Assembly (NCBI GenBank): GCA_913052475.1
Contig: CAJXEJ010000007.1
Location: 911-64,910 of the forward strand
DNA: 64,000 nucleotides
From: an uncultured Dehalococcoidia bacterium
Lineage (GTDB): Bacteria > Chloroflexota > Dehalococcoidia > Lucifugimonadales > Lucifugimonadaceae
Reading direction: 5' to 3'
Position numbers and translations under genes: made by a program. The notes beneath the pieces were generated by a model. The model had not been told where the DNA came from, did not search any database, and saw only the letters and a program-made list of their open reading frames with translations. Every line of letters begins with the position of its first letter. Positions within the stretch are counted from its first letter, which is position 1. Below are positions 41,570 through 51,933 of the stretch, in pieces.

Positions 41570-42535
41570 TCAGCCGATTATGGGAGGAATTACAAGCACG
41601 GGGCGACGAGCGGACCGAATTACTTTGTCTGCGACACTTCCAACAACCCATCGTTTCAGGCCACCGGCTCCGTGCGAGCTCATGACAACGATGGTGTTCT
41701 CGATTTCGGCTGCCGCATCGACGATCTGCTGTGAGGGGCTGCCTGTTCGAATATTGGCACTGGCTTTCAGTCCCGCAGCTTCAGCGGTCGAGACAAATCC
41801 CTGGAGATACTTGGAGGTTTCCTCTTTTAGAGAGTCGATACCGAAGTCACCGGCGTAGTCACCTGCGCCATATTCAATGCCGGCCACACCCACTCCGAAG
41901 AATGGAAGCCTGATGACTTCAGTGAATACGACTTCGGAGTTCGCCGCTTCCGCGATTTCAAGTGCAGGCCCAACAGCTGTTTCTGAAAGGATTGAACCAT
42001 CGAGCGGGACGATTACTCGAGCTGGGCCATCGCTGGTGTCGTCGATCTTATGAATTTCACCGGGATAGAGAATTAATATTGGTGTGGATGTTGAGTGGAG
42101 AACTCGGTCGGTAACGCTACCGAGCACGCCGCGAGCAAGTGCCGACTCTCGACGAGTTGCCATTGCGATCAGGTCGATCTCACGAGAGTGGGCTTCCGAA
42201 ACGATTACCTCGGCTGGCGAACCGGCTCCAACTCTGATGCTCGCAATTACGCCGGCAGCGGTGATTCTGTCGGCTACTTCCTGAAGATCCTTCTCGGCCT
42301 GTGAAAGCGCGTCACCTATCACGTCAGAAGGAGTCCTGATCGTCGACGTTGTCGCTCCGGCTTTAGAGCGGTGTAAATCCCGGGTTGTTGCTTCGAGTAT
42401 TTCGATTTCTTCCGTATCGATAACCGAAAGCAGAATAATTTCGGCTTCCAGTACACCCGCCAGCCCTGTCGCCCAGCCCAAAATGCTTCGAGAATGTTGC
42501 GAACCATCGAGAGGAACAAGTATTTTCTTGAACAT
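41570..42535 (-). CDS. Universal stress protein (tandem Usp domains)
   Basis: Two VPLDGS...GSV(T/A)D(R/K)V repeats. Confidence 0.93.
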   Translation of the reverse strand: MFKKILVPLDGSQHSRSILGWATGLAGVLEAEIILLSVIDTEEIEILEATTRDLHRSKAGATTSTIRTPSDVIGDALSQAEKDLQEVADRITAAGVIASIRVGAGSPAEVIVSEAHSREIDLIAMATRRESALARGVLGSVTDRVLHSTSTPILILYPGEIHKIDDTSDGPARVIVPLDGSILSETAVGPALEIAEAANSEVVFTEVIRLPFFGVGVAGIEYGAGDYAGDFGIDSLKEETSKYLQGFVSTAEAAGLKASANIRTGSPSQQIVDAAAEIENTIVVMSSHGAGGLKRWVVGSVADKVIRSARRPVLVIPPIIG

Positions 42536-42744
42536 TAGTTTTTTTACCCTCCCGTTGCCACAAGAGCTCTGTCCGTCCAGCGAATCATATTAGCGGGAGA
42601 GTATGAACAGGTCGTGAGCGCGAGTGCCCCATGGAGAGGACAAGAATGATGAAAAGATGAGGTTTAAGAACGACCGTGAGGATCATTTGCGCCATCTTGC
42701 TCGACGAAAAACGAAATTTCGGAGCTTGTGATTATTGGCGCGAT

Positions 42745-42778
42745 CTGGATCGGACAAACTACCATGCGTCCGATCCAG
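42745..42778 (-). terminator. 11-bp hairpin downstream of the cox operon
   Basis: CTGGATCGGAC-N12-GTCCGATCCAG; no clear U-tract. Confidence 0.4.
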
Positions 42779-42853
42779 TGGAAGTTCTACCTTGCGATTA
42801 CAATGAATGCAAAACCATGGAACATCGTCCAGCGTGCGGTATTTATTTAGCGG

Positions 42854-43459
42854 CTACTTGATTAGATACAGCGTTGGGTAGATAAATACCCACGCTACGT
42901 CGACAAAGTGCCACCATTTCACTGCACCTTCCACTGCCCACTGATTGTCGCCGATCGTCTTGGACTTCCGAATCCGGAAGTACACGAATCCGAGCGTTAA
43001 AACACCAGTTACTACGTGGGTGACATGCACACCTGTAAGTGTGAAAAGTACTGTGCCAAATCCAGTCGATGGCGGGAAGTGCTTGAATGCTTCATACCAT
43101 TCGTAGCCGACTCCGAACACGAAAATAATGCCCATGCCAATTGTGGCTAACAACATCTTTTTCGCATTCGGTAGGTCGCCATGTTCGGCAGCGGCTTCAG
43201 CGCGGTATGCGGTCAAACTGCTGAGAAGAAGCAGGATTGTGAGGCTGAGACCGAGTACCTGATCGACGTGCTCTGGCGTGCTTGTGCCAACCACGAAGAA
43301 TCGCGAGGACAAAAGCGCAATAAAGAACGAAGCATCGGATACTAGGAACAGCCACAAACCAAGCCGGTTGATCGTCAGGGCATCAAACCGGTGATTTACG
43401 TGATGCGGTACATGGTTTGTCACGTGGCTAGTCCTCTTCCCTGTCGGCTTCTGGGTCAT
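42854..43459 (-). CDS. coxC: Cytochrome c oxidase subunit III
   Basis: GLWLFLVSD, TGVHVTHV, WWHFVDVAWVFIYP. Confidence 0.92.
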   Translation of the reverse strand: MTQKPTGKRTSHVTNHVPHHVNHRFDALTINRLGLWLFLVSDASFFIALLSSRFFVVGTSTPEHVDQVLGLSLTILLLLSSLTAYRAEAAAEHGDLPNAKKMLLATIGMGIIFVFGVGYEWYEAFKHFPPSTGFGTVLFTLTGVHVTHVVTGVLTLGFVYFRIRKSKTIGDNQWAVEGAVKWWHFVDVAWVFIYPTLYLIK

Positions 43460-43691
43460 CGCTCAGCATTCCGTACCAAGCATCCGACACGTGTTCCCAC
43501 AGTTGTCCGAAATGCATGAAGTACTGAATGATTAACCACGCTTTCGCTAGGCCAACGATCAGGAGGAGCGTGAACAGGATCGCTGTGTCATCAATGACGA
43601 CAGCGACGATGTACTCGGCGGCGGTCATAATCGCCAGAATGACGATCACTACCCACCCGAGTTTCAATGTTTCTTGAATTGTTTTGTGCAT
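43428..43691 (-). CDS. Cytochrome c oxidase subunit IV family
   Basis: Two TM helices, AKAWLIIQYFMH, operon position. Confidence 0.85.
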   Translation of the reverse strand: MHKTIQETLKLGWVVIVILAIMTAAEYIVAVVIDDTAILFTLLLIVGLAKAWLIIQYFMHFGQLWEHVSDAWYGMLSDDPEADREED

Positions 43692-43695
43692 CTAC

Positions 43696-45528
43696 TTAGT
43701 CCCCCTCAGCCGAAATAGCGTCGGTGGAATTCGGGAATTTTGCGTGTATAACACTCTCGTCACCGTAGCCGTAGGGATCGCCCGTAACCGTCGGGAACTC
43801 GTCGAAGTTCTCCAGCGGTGGAGGCGAGCTTGTCTGCCATTCGAGGGTTTTTGCGTCCCACGGGTTGTCAGGTGCTTTTGGTCCACGGATCCATGAGTTC
43901 AGCATGTTGTACATCCACGGTAGGAACGCTATTCCGAGTGCGAACGCAGCGATCGAGGTTACGAGGTTCATAAACTCGAATTCCGGTGGATACTCAGCGA
44001 CACGTCGGTTCATGCCAACAGTGCCCGGAACGAACATTGCCAGGAACGTGATGTTGTAGAACAAGAACATAAGGCCGAAGTGGATTCGACCCAGAGTTTC
44101 GTTGTACATGCGACCCGTGATCTTCGGAAACCAGTAGTAACCGGCAGCGAAGATTGCGAATATCTCACCACCCATAATCGTGTAGTGGAAGTGCGCTACA
44201 ACGAAGTAGGTGTCCTGCAAGGCAATGTCGGTTGCGACGTCGGCGAGGAAGATACCCGTCAGACCACCGATCGAGAAGTTGAAGACAACTCCCAATGCGA
44301 ACAGTAGCGGAACCTTCAGCCGAAGCTTGCTTCGCCACAACGTTCCCAGAGCCGATAGGAAGATGACTCCAGTTGGGATCGAAATCAACTCGGTGAGGAT
44401 CATGAACGGACCGTGCAGGTTTTCGCCCATGCCACTTGTGAACAGGTGGTGCGCCCAAACAATGAAGCTCAGGAACACGATCAGAGCGAAAGCCCTAACC
44501 ACCCATCTGTAAGCGAACAGCGGTTTTCTTGCGAAGTGGCTGATGATCTCAAGTTCAGCTCCGAACGCCGGCAGGATCATGATGTAGACCGCCGGGTGCG
44601 AGTAGAACCAGAAGACGTGCTCGTACAAGAGTGCGTTACCGCCTGGAGGCGAGAAGAACACCATGTTGAAGACACGTTCGAAGATGATCATCAGGAGGCC
44701 GTAAGCGACCCACTGTGTTGCAGTTAGTGAAATCACCGAAGCAGCGAGTACTGACCAAGCGAAGATCGGTAGTCGGCCCCAGGTCATCCCCGGCGCTCTT
44801 TGCGTAACGATCGTCGCTATGAAGTTCATTCCACCAAGAATCGATGAGATTCCGAATGTCAGGAACGCCAGTTCAAATAACAAACCACCAATTGGTGTTT
44901 GAGTAGCGAGTGGAGGGTAAGCAGTCCAGCCAGTGTCAAATCCACCGAACAGCGGTGAGAGAAGGAGCAGGACCACTACCGGTGGAACGATCCAGAAACT
45001 GAGTGCGTTGACCCGAGGGAATGCGACGTCTTCAGCACCGATGATGAGCGGCAAAACGAAGTTAGAGAATCCACCCATCACAGCGGCAACCGCAACGGCA
45101 ATCATCATGATCCCGTGAAGGCTCATTGTGGTGTTGTAGGTGTTCTTTGTAAATATGTTCTGACCCGCATCCATCAGTTCCACCCTGATGAGAATAGCCA
45201 GTACACCAGCTAACAGGAACACAACCACGAGCGAGGTGATGTACTGGATACCAATCACTTTGTGATCGATATTGAAACGCAGGTAGCGCTCCCATCCACC
45301 AGTAGGGTCGTTGTTGGTGGATTTGCCGAACCACTGACGGCCCCATACTTTCCACATTCCAACACCCATGAGCCAGCCGATAACCGCGAATACGTACCCA
45401 AGTACGATCATCGGTTCCGTTGCTGGCTCCTTGGTGAAGCTAGTGATGAGCTGCGATATGCCCCCACCGATAGCGAAACCTATTGCGGCTCCTATCAAGC
45501 CCTTGACGATCGGCATAAAAACTGCCAT
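43696..45528 (-). CDS. coxA: Cytochrome c oxidase subunit I (A2 type)
   Basis: DHKVIG, LHG, WFYSHPAVY, VWAHH, VAHFHY, GMNRR. Confidence 0.96.
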   Translation of the reverse strand: MAVFMPIVKGLIGAAIGFAIGGGISQLITSFTKEPATEPMIVLGYVFAVIGWLMGVGMWKVWGRQWFGKSTNNDPTGGWERYLRFNIDHKVIGIQYITSLVVVFLLAGVLAILIRVELMDAGQNIFTKNTYNTTMSLHGIMMIAVAVAAVMGGFSNFVLPLIIGAEDVAFPRVNALSFWIVPPVVVLLLLSPLFGGFDTGWTAYPPLATQTPIGGLLFELAFLTFGISSILGGMNFIATIVTQRAPGMTWGRLPIFAWSVLAASVISLTATQWVAYGLLMIIFERVFNMVFFSPPGGNALLYEHVFWFYSHPAVYIMILPAFGAELEIISHFARKPLFAYRWVVRAFALIVFLSFIVWAHHLFTSGMGENLHGPFMILTELISIPTGVIFLSALGTLWRSKLRLKVPLLFALGVVFNFSIGGLTGIFLADVATDIALQDTYFVVAHFHYTIMGGEIFAIFAAGYYWFPKITGRMYNETLGRIHFGLMFLFYNITFLAMFVPGTVGMNRRVAEYPPEFEFMNLVTSIAAFALGIAFLPWMYNMLNSWIRGPKAPDNPWDAKTLEWQTSSPPPLENFDEFPTVTGDPYGYGDESVIHAKFPNSTDAISAEGD

Positions 45529-45565
45529 CTAAAAGTCCCCTTGAACTCTTTTTAATCTTTGGCCT

Positions 45566-46402
45566 TTAAGCCGCTTGGTCTGCAATCCATTGTTCGAATT
45601 CGGCAGGTTCGACCACCTCGACGCGTGTAAACATCAGGGAATGGTCGTTTCCGCAGAGTTCAGCACATTGGACTCTGAAGTTGACATCATCATTGAAGTG
45701 GCCAGTTTCCGTGGTTTCGACATCGAAGTATGTCGTTAGCCCTGGAACCGCATCAATCTTCATTCGGAAAGCCGGGATCCAGAATGAGTGAATTACGTCT
45801 TGGTCTTCGGCGGTGACGTTGAATCGAATCAGCGAATGGTTCGGAAGGACAAGCATCTCGTCCTTTGTGAACAACGAAACGTCACGCCCTTCATATTCGT
45901 AGATCCATTGCCATCGTCTGCCTGTCACATTCACTGTCAGGTCGGGTTCCTCGGCGTTTGTTGCGCGGAGCTCGAGGATTCCTGTGTAGCCGGGGTGCAC
46001 GATCACCACGAGACAGAGGATAGTTGTCCACGCCAACCAGAATCCAACCCACTTGGTGTGGGTGCGGGTTGGCGCTGCGTCTTCAATCTCGTCACCCTTG
46101 GCGCGGAACTTGAAAACGACGTAAAGAATCATCGTGATAACTAAAGTGAAGATCGGAATTGCCAATACCATCAGCAGGATAAAGGCATCGTCGATGAAAT
46201 CACCCTGTTTGGTTGCGGCGTCACCAAACATATCTATCTGAAGGAAGGAAAGTTCACCGATTATCGTTAGCAACACCCAAATGGCTGCGGCCGTTACTGT
46301 ATCTCTATTCAGAACGATCTCCCTTAGTGCTCGATAGAAAGTTGGCTCGCGCGGACTTCGAATTCCCGTCCCCAGCAAATTTATTGGGCTGAGATTAGCC
46401 AT
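45566..46402 (-). CDS. coxB: Cytochrome c oxidase subunit II (CuA)
   Basis: DVIHSFWIP and CAELCGNDHSLM. Start uncertain: ATG 46402, or CTG 46312 just after an AAGGGAG RBS. Confidence 0.93.
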   Translation of the reverse strand: MANLSPINLLGTGIRSPREPTFYRALREIVLNRDTVTAAAIWVLLTIIGELSFLQIDMFGDAATKQGDFIDDAFILLMVLAIPIFTLVITMILYVVFKFRAKGDEIEDAAPTRTHTKWVGFWLAWTTILCLVVIVHPGYTGILELRATNAEEPDLTVNVTGRRWQWIYEYEGRDVSLFTKDEMLVLPNHSLIRFNVTAEDQDVIHSFWIPAFRMKIDAVPGLTTYFDVETTETGHFNDDVNFRVQCAELCGNDHSLMFTRVEVVEPAEFEQWIADQAA

Positions 46403-46419
46403 CACCAGAATCCACACAT

Positions 46420-46475
46420 AGGTGCATTCACACCAGATACTACACTCGGTCGACACCTTAGGTGTGTTCGCACTA
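46420..46475. promoter_or_regulatory. Pair of putative operator sites upstream of coxB
   Basis: AGGTGCATTCACACCA (46420-46435) and AGGTGTGTTCGCACTA (46460-46475). Confidence 0.6.
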
Positions 46476-46521
46476 GCCGCTCAAACCTGAACTCTGACTT
46501 TCGTGCGTACGGAGTGCGGCT

Positions 46522-47202
46522 CTAGATCAGCCCGGCCCGCGTTCCCAAAGCTACCGCTTCGAGTCGTGACCGACACCCAAGTTTTGTAAGCAGCCTGCTT
46601 ATGTGGTTACGCGCCGTCAGTGGTCTGATCGTCAAAATATCGGCGATGTTGTTGGTGCTTTTACCTGCTGCAAGTAGCTTCAGAACTTGATCTTCACGAG
46701 TTGTTAACTGAGGGATTCGGTATCCGTTGATGTCGGTGATAGTCGAGGCGATTTCAACTCGCCGTCGGTCGGTGACGTCGCGAAACACGTGGAAAATGTC
46801 TTGTGATTCATCGACCTGAGACGGCAAAATAGTGCTCACGTTAATCTGCCTGAACTCACCCTCAGAAGTTTTGCATTCGAGGTCGAAATCCTTTGTGGTT
46901 CTGCCTTTGGTTGCGTTCGTTACGACATCACAACCATGACCGCATTTAACTCGGCTTGTGCTGCTGTTGGCACACAACACTTCGTAACATTTCTTTCCGA
47001 GGACCTGATCACGTCGGTAACCGAACAGTTTTTCTGCCGTGGTGTTCCACGACTTGATTTTCTGCTCTCTCGTTACCGAGAACATGCCGTCGAACGTACG
47101 AAACTCCTGGTAAAGCTGGCCTTCAGAATCTTTGCTCAATCTCGATATTCCCTCGATAGCATACATAGGCGCGGTGCTGCGTACCGGGTAAAGAACAATC
47201 AA
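46522..47202 (-). CDS. PAS domain-LuxR HTH one-component regulator
   Basis: WNTTAEKLFGY..VLGKKCYEVLC PAS segment; LTTREDQVLKLLAAGKST..IA..L...TARNHISRLLTKLG LuxR HTH. Confidence 0.92.
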   Translation of the reverse strand: MIVLYPVRSTAPMYAIEGISRLSKDSEGQLYQEFRTFDGMFSVTREQKIKSWNTTAEKLFGYRRDQVLGKKCYEVLCANSSTSRVKCGHGCDVVTNATKGRTTKDFDLECKTSEGEFRQINVSTILPSQVDESQDIFHVFRDVTDRRRVEIASTITDINGYRIPQLTTREDQVLKLLAAGKSTNNIADILTIRPLTARNHISRLLTKLGCRSRLEAVALGTRAGLI

Positions 47203-47300
47203 CTTGGCTGGGCTGCGACCATGGTTTGCCGCTGGATCAGCAATGCACCCAATTGAATATAGACTGGGACGGTCAAATTAAATGTGAGTTTTCGCTAAAT

Positions 47301-47341
47301 TGGTGAATTCACACCATACCATGATTGGTGTGTTATCACCT
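47301..47341. promoter_or_regulatory. Pair of putative operator sites between regulator and cytochrome c
   Basis: TGGTGAATTCACACCA (47301-47316) and TGGTGTGTTATCACCT (47326-47341). Confidence 0.62.
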
Positions 47342-47423
47342 ATGGTGGGGAGATGGGAGCAGCTACTTTTTGTCGGTGCGGCTTTTTTTATCGGCTAGTT
47401 ATTAATATTCTGGGGCTTGATTC

Positions 47424-47843
47424 GTGTTCAAACGCTTAAACGTCGTTGTAATTTTCGTCCTCGCTGCTTTCGCTATGTTCGCAGTTGCAGCGTGTGCCGA
47501 CGGTGAGGACAATCCATTCGGTACTACTACACCGGTTCCTGCTGGTGAGGTTGCGGATTCGGGCAGCAGCGAGCCCGCTTCATCAGGTCCCGATATTGGA
47601 AATGGCGAAAGTAAATTCACTGGACTCGGCTGCAGTGGTTGCCACACAACTGGCACCGACAAATTAATCGGTCCCGGTCTTGCAGGTATCAGCTCCAAAG
47701 GTGACGACTACATCCGTGAGTCGATTACCGACCCCGGCTCTGAGTTGGTTGACGGTTATTCGAACTTGATGCCGACCTCGTTCGGCGACCTCCCGGCATC
47801 GGACCTAGACGATCTCGTCGCGTATTTGAACACGCTGAACTAG
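47424..47843 (+). CDS. Monoheme cytochrome c, lipoprotein-anchored
   Basis: Lipobox VAAC, CSGCH heme motif, GPGL, YIRESITDP, LMP axial Met. Confidence 0.92.
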   Translation: MFKRLNVVVIFVLAAFAMFAVAACADGEDNPFGTTTPVPAGEVADSGSSEPASSGPDIGNGESKFTGLGCSGCHTTGTDKLIGPGLAGISSKGDDYIRESITDPGSELVDGYSNLMPTSFGDLPASDLDDLVAYLNTLN

Positions 47844-47974
47844 CTTTCTTCTGTCGTGTCGGCTGATTCTTGCCGGCCCACCGCGATCTACCAAAGCCTC
47901 CCCACGTTGCTTCACTGCGGTCGAGATTTCGATGGTCTGGTTGGATGTACTGATTGTGCCGGTGAGCGAAACCG

Positions 47975-49201
47975 CTAGCTGAGATCGACACCTGAGGCTT
48001 TCGCGACGGTTTCGAGGTCTTTGTCACCCCGACCACTGAGCAGAAGCAACACGACGTGATCTTTCGGCAGTGTCGGAACCCATTTAATCATGTAGCCGAG
48101 GGCGTGCGCGGGTTCCAGCGCAGGGATTATTCCTTCCGACCGGCTCAAGAGCCTGAACCCGGCGAGGGCATCGTCGTCCGTCGCTGAAACGTAGGTTGCA
48201 CGTTCAATGTCTTTCAGGTAGGCGTGCTCTGGTCCAACGCCCGGGTAGTCGAGACCGGCGGAAATGCTGTGGGCCTCGGTTACCTGCCCATGTTCGTCCT
48301 GTAGTAGGTAACTCATTGCCCCGTGCAGTACACCTGGGCGTCCTTTTGACATTGTCGCAGCGTGACGTTTGTCGAGACCTTCCCCCGACGCCTCGACGCC
48401 GACCAACCCGACATCCGAATCTTTCTGGAAACCGGAGAAAATCCCCATAGCGTTTGAGCCACCACCGACGCACGCAATAACGTAGTCAGGAAGTCGGCCT
48501 GCCATGTCGATAATTTGCTGGCGTGCTTCCGCGCCGATAACTGCTTGAAAATCGCGAACCAGTTTCGGATAGGGGTGTGGCCCGACGACGCTGCCAATTA
48601 TGTAGTGAGTGGTTTCGACGTTCGACACCCAGTCGCGAATCGCTTCGTTGGTGGCGTCTTTTAGTGTGCGGCTGCCTGATGAAACTGGTTCCACCGTGGC
48701 TCCGAGTTCCCGCATTCGGTAGACGTTCGGAGACTGTCGTACGATGTCTTTGTCACCCATGTAAACGATGCACTCGAGGTCCATTTGTGCACATACCGTC
48801 GCCGTAGCGACGCCGTGCATGCCAGCGCCCGTTTCGGCAATGATTCGTTTTTTGCCGAGTCGTTTCGCGAGCAGGGCTTGACCGATGGCGTTGTTGATCT
48901 TGTGAGCACCGGTGTGGTTCAGATCTTCACGCTTGATGTAAATCTTCGCTCCGCCCAGTTTTTCGGTGAGATTTTTCGCGAAATACATCGCTGACGGTCG
49001 TCCGACATAGTGCGTAAGAAGATTTTCGAATTCGGCCCAGAACGAGTCGTCCTGCCGTGCCTCGTCGAAGGCGTTTTCGAGTTCCGTTAACGCCGACATC
49101 AGTGTTTCAGGTACGAACTTTCCGCCGTAGGGACCGAATCTACCGAGCGAAGTTGGGAGCGATTCGAATTCGTAATCAGTATTAGACGAAGTTGATGTCA
49201 T
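47975..49201 (-). CDS. trpB: Tryptophan synthase beta chain
   Basis: [47 protein letters not shown]. Confidence 0.97.
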   Translation of the reverse strand: MTSTSSNTDYEFESLPTSLGRFGPYGGKFVPETLMSALTELENAFDEARQDDSFWAEFENLLTHYVGRPSAMYFAKNLTEKLGGAKIYIKREDLNHTGAHKINNAIGQALLAKRLGKKRIIAETGAGMHGVATATVCAQMDLECIVYMGDKDIVRQSPNVYRMRELGATVEPVSSGSRTLKDATNEAIRDWVSNVETTHYIIGSVVGPHPYPKLVRDFQAVIGAEARQQIIDMAGRLPDYVIACVGGGSNAMGIFSGFQKDSDVGLVGVEASGEGLDKRHAATMSKGRPGVLHGAMSYLLQDEHGQVTEAHSISAGLDYPGVGPEHAYLKDIERATYVSATDDDALAGFRLLSRSEGIIPALEPAHALGYMIKWVPTLPKDHVVLLLLSGRGDKDLETVAKASGVDLS

Positions 49202-49393
49202 CAGATTTTAGGCGAAAAGTACGTGTGAGATAGATCTGGAAATCGAAAATTCACTGAGCTAATTGGAGCGTGAAGCTCGATCACAAGCTAGGATAGCAGC
49301 GGAGAGGCGGCTAGCCGCGATTTATTAGATTGAAATTGCACTAGCCCGGTTCCCAAAAAGCACAGTTGGAAATTCCGAGGGATCACCACACCG

Positions 49394-49921
49394 TTGTCAG
49401 AATCGAAAACACAGCGACCGGATTGGGACGACTACATCATGTCGATCGCGGTGGGTGTTCGCGCACGTGCGAACTGCCTGGGCAGCCAAATCGGATCGGT
49501 ACTGGCGCGGGATGGTCACATCCTCTCGACCGGGTACAACGGCACGCCGCACAACACACCGAACTGTGATGAAGGAGGTTGTGCCCGCTGTTCGAATCGC
49601 GACGAATACCCGTCGGGGACAGGGTACGACCTGTGCATATGTGTACATGCCGAGCAAAACGCTTTGTTGCAAGCGGCTCGATTTGGTATTGCCGTTGAAG
49701 GATCGATTCTTTACACGACGTGGCGACCCTGCTTCGGATGTACCAAAGAGATACTCCAGGCTGGTGTAGCGGGCGTTCGGTACGGCGAGAACTGGGAGCC
49801 GAACCCAGATCTGAAAGACGAGTACGAACGGCTCCAAAGTTACTTCCCGGGAGGAATAGAAAAAGTCGATCTTCCCGAAGGTGCTGATTCCCACACCCGT
49901 GGAATCAAAGCTCAGTCATGA
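49394..49921 (+). CDS. dCMP deaminase / ComEB family
   Basis: STGYNG, HAEQNA, PCFGC. Confidence 0.92.
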   Translation: MSESKTQRPDWDDYIMSIAVGVRARANCLGSQIGSVLARDGHILSTGYNGTPHNTPNCDEGGCARCSNRDEYPSGTGYDLCICVHAEQNALLQAARFGIAVEGSILYTTWRPCFGCTKEILQAGVAGVRYGENWEPNPDLKDEYERLQSYFPGGIEKVDLPEGADSHTRGIKAQS

Positions 49922-51120
49922 AAATCACCAGTGTCGAAACTATAGCGCTCCGAGATGACGCCGATGGGACAGTAACCTCGTGGAATCCTTCGTTTGCGGA
50001 ATCTGATAGTGATCCCGCCAGCATGGGCGGATACGACATAACGCTTGTTCGTGTTGATACCGATGAAGGGATAAGTGGTATCGGACAGGTCGAGGCACCG
50101 AGTCTGGTAATTGACGCGATCGTTCGTTCGACCCAGGGTCTCGAAGTGCTGCTGATCGGCGAGGATCCCACCCAAGTTCAACGTCTGTGGCAAAAGATGT
50201 ACAACTCGACCGGTGTGTTCAATCGCCGAGGAGTTGGGATTGGTGCAATTGGTGCGGTCGAGACGGCTCTTTGGGACATTACGGGCAAGGCAGGAGGTAA
50301 GCCTGTACACGAGCTGATCTGGCGATCGTTTACTACAACAGCGAGCCACACTGAACCACTAAAACGAGTCACTCCATACGCCACGGTCTACCCGCCGGGA
50401 GCGAGTTTGGATGAGCTGGAAGAACGGGTGGGCATCGCTATTTCACGCGGGCTGAAGGCAGTCAAGATCGAAGAGTGGCCGGGTCAATTCGGCAACGTCG
50501 ATGTTGAGACCGATGTAGCAGTTATAGAGAAGGCTCGTTCGGTGATTGGCCCGAAGCGCGACCTAATGATCGACGTGCAAAATCGTTGGCGTGACGTTGG
50601 CCAAGCACTTCGAACAATCGAGGCGATCGAGCAGTTCAATCCGTACTTCATCGAAGCGCCGCTTCCAGCCGACAATATCGAGGGATATCGAAAGCTCGTG
50701 GAGTCGACGAACGTAAGAATTGCCGTGGGCGATTGGGGCTTCAGCACTCGTCATGAGTTTGCTGATTTGCTTCGACGGGGTCGGCTCGACGTCGTTCAGC
50801 CGAGCGCAGTTCGAGCCGGCGGGATGCACGAAATCTTGAACATCGCCGAAGACGCCTATCAGTTCGGCGCGCTATGCATTCCGCACACGTGGTGTAATAC
50901 TGTTGGCGTTGCCGCGCAATTGCATCTTGCGGCGGTTACGCCAAATATGCCCTACTTCGAATCCCCGATAGCGTTCCCGGCTACCCCACTCGTCGAAAAC
51001 TTGCTGCTGCCGAACTTCGAAGTCGCGCCCGATGGAACGATGGAAGTTCCGAATCGGCCTGGGTTGGGATTTGAGCTGAACGAAGATGTTGTATCTGAGT
51101 TCCGAGTTGATCCCTACTAG
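49918..51120 (+). CDS. Mandelate racemase/enolase superfamily protein
   Basis: VDTDEGISGIG, ETALWDITGK, MIDVQ, FIEAP, CIPH, RPGLG. Confidence 0.9.
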   Translation: MKITSVETIALRDDADGTVTSWNPSFAESDSDPASMGGYDITLVRVDTDEGISGIGQVEAPSLVIDAIVRSTQGLEVLLIGEDPTQVQRLWQKMYNSTGVFNRRGVGIGAIGAVETALWDITGKAGGKPVHELIWRSFTTTASHTEPLKRVTPYATVYPPGASLDELEERVGIAISRGLKAVKIEEWPGQFGNVDVETDVAVIEKARSVIGPKRDLMIDVQNRWRDVGQALRTIEAIEQFNPYFIEAPLPADNIEGYRKLVESTNVRIAVGDWGFSTRHEFADLLRRGRLDVVQPSAVRAGGMHEILNIAEDAYQFGALCIPHTWCNTVGVAAQLHLAAVTPNMPYFESPIAFPATPLVENLLLPNFEVAPDGTMEVPNRPGLGFELNEDVVSEFRVDPY

Positions 51121-51146
51121 CGCAGAGCGTAACGATCGAAAGTGCT

Positions 51147-51776
51147 TTGATGCGATCGAAAGACCAACCAAGATCAAACAAGGATGACCACGAGTTCCTA
51201 GCCCGTCATCCCGGCCTTGCTGGGCTCACGTATGGAGAAGGCGATACCAGCTTTCGAGGACGGGTAAGAAAGCATCTTCGAAATCCGCCGATGCGAACAG
51301 TATTACTGATCTTGTTCGTCATTGTGGCAATACCAGCCGTACTCGTCTATCCACAAGTTTCTGGCGTTGCCGAAGACAATTGGAGCGACGTTCAGCGAGC
51401 CCGTGAACGTCACTTTGTGAACGTTACGGCAGCCAGCTGGATCTACCCGTTTTTGCGAAGACAGGCCGAGCGGATGCAACAGGCCGATGTGCCGGTCGAA
51501 TGGCGGGGAGTTTCGTTCAAGAATGGCCCCTGTTTTCCGGAGCACATGACGCAATTGCCAACCGGGAAGTACGCCTATGCGATCGAGACTGCATGTACGA
51601 GTCTGGATGAAATTCAGATGAGGTACGCGCCCGATTGTGCGCAAACATCGGCTTGCAATATTCCAGAGCAAGCGGTGGTCGAACTTCAGATCGTGCTGGA
51701 CCGTCTCAAAGTGGCGTTTTCTGATGCAAACTTGGTGCAGCATTCGACTGACGATCAGGGGCAGATGCGGGACTGA
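51147..51776 (+). CDS. Hypothetical membrane-anchored 4-Cys protein, paralog 1
   Basis: LRNPPMRT, one TM helix, C-x20-C-x13-C-x5-C; homologous to the next two ORFs. Confidence 0.85.
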   Translation: MMRSKDQPRSNKDDHEFLARHPGLAGLTYGEGDTSFRGRVRKHLRNPPMRTVLLILFVIVAIPAVLVYPQVSGVAEDNWSDVQRARERHFVNVTAASWIYPFLRRQAERMQQADVPVEWRGVSFKNGPCFPEHMTQLPTGKYAYAIETACTSLDEIQMRYAPDCAQTSACNIPEQAVVELQIVLDRLKVAFSDANLVQHSTDDQGQMRD

Positions 51777-51933
51777 TTATTGTTATCTAATTGCCTGAAA
51801 TCCGATGCATTTGGAAGGTATACGGGCGTAGCATGAATGGTTGATTTCCAAGGACAAGATTGATCACCAAGGCAATCGTTAAGCCGATATCAAGGCTGAA
51901 CCCAGAAAGCAATACAACCAGCAGCACGCTGTC

